DNA of 64,000 nucleotides, taken from Octopus vulgaris (Eukaryota). The DNA is taken from positions 40,424,001-40,488,000 of the forward strand of contig OX597815.1 in NCBI GenBank assembly GCA_951406725.2, given 5' to 3'. Numbering within the stretch: position 1 is the stretch's first letter; every line of letters begins with the position of its first letter. Shown here one piece after another: positions 63,213 to 64,000 of the stretch. The position numbers were made by a program, and so were the translations under genes. The notes under the pieces are model-generated. The model ran no database searches. It had not been told where the DNA came from and saw nothing but the letters and a program-made list of their open reading frames with translations.

Positions 63213-63802
63213 GTTTAACATCTGCTTTCCGTGCTGGCATGGGTTGGACGGTTTGACTGAGGACTGGCAAACCAGGTGGCTGCAATGAGGCTCCAGTCTA
63301 CTCTGGCAAGGTTTCTACATCATCATCATCATCATCATTGTTCGACCGTGGTCGAGACAATGGAATTTACCATGCTACGCCAGACTTCACGGTCCATCAT
63401 GGTTTCTACAGCTGGATGCCCTTCCTAACGTCAACCACTCCGAGAGTGTAGTGGGTGCTTTTCAAGTGTGACTGGCACGGAGGCCAGTCAGATGGCACTA
63501 GCATTGATCACGCTCGAACGGTACTTTTAACGTGCCGCCGGCACTGACATCGGCCGCACTAGTGCTGGCGGCATGTTAAAAGTACCGTTCGAGCGTGATC
63601 GACGCTAGTGCCATCTGACTCGCCCCCGTGCCAGTCACACATGAAAAGCACCCACTACACTCTCGGAGTGTTTGGCATTAGGAAGGGCATCTAGCTGTAG
63701 AAACCTTGCCAGAACAGACTGGAGCCTCATTGCAGCCACCTGGCTTGCCAGTCCTCAGTCAAACCGTCCAACCCATACCAGCATGGAAAGAAGGCGTTAA
63801 AC
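63213..63802. mobile_element. head-to-head inverted duplication of an RTE 3' end (242-bp arms, 15-nt loop)
   Basis: 63213-63545 (minus a 91-bp insertion) is the reverse complement of 63561-63802. Confidence 0.88.
63320..63400 (-). mobile_element. 81-bp 5'-truncated RTE insertion with a 10-bp TSD
   Basis: TSD ggtttctaca at 63310-63319 and 63401-63410; encodes MMDREVWRSMVNSIVSTTVEQ* plus (TGA)n tail. Confidence 0.85.
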
Positions 63803-64000
63803 AGGAGCTGCAGTTGCTAATGGACCGCTTCTCCCAGGCCTGCAAGGACTTTGGGCTGACCATCAGCCTGAAGAAGGCAAACGTCTTGGTGCAAGGCACA
63901 CCAGCACAACCAGCCGTCACCATCGATGACTACGAACTTGAAGTTGTTCATCAATTCACCTACCTTGGGTCTACCATCACTGACAACCTCTCTCTTGATG
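63802..64000 (+). mobile_element. 5'-truncated RTE (BovB-like) LINE RT C-terminal region, running off the window
   Basis: QELQLLMDRFSQACKDFGLTISLKKANV...LEVVHQFTYLGSTITDNLSLD, open frame. Confidence 0.9.

Overview
AT-rich, microsatellite- and transposon-dense animal genomic DNA. The repeat families suggest a cephalopod, probably Octopus (inference, not verified). About 1.57-50 kb holds one + strand, 27-coding-exon gene that I spliced by hand into one continuous reading frame of 4095 nt (1364 aa + stop, if the weakly supported last mini-exon is right). It encodes a Delphilin/GRID2IP-type formin with architecture PDZ-PDZ-HHD-PDZ-HHD-HHD-low-complexity linker-vestigial FH1-FH2. One FH2 intron (46759-49019) has U12 minor-spliceosome signals. 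Downstream lies an apparently intact elongator tRNA-Met(CAT) gene with a 21-nt canonical intron (51174-51267, - strand). The rest is mostly transposon debris: RTE, CR1, Dong/R4 and Penelope-like retroelements, mariner and maT elements, hAT, piggyBac and Merlin-like MITEs, and tRNA-SINEs. There are also several palindromes, including recurrent fold-back duplications at the 5'-truncated ends of one RTE family. Most ORFs in the supplied track are spurious (microsatellites, antisense frames, TE debris). I found no CRISPR array or prokaryotic-type system. The best leads are the intron-containing tRNA-Met, the U12 intron, the unusual Delphilin architecture and the RTE fold-backs.
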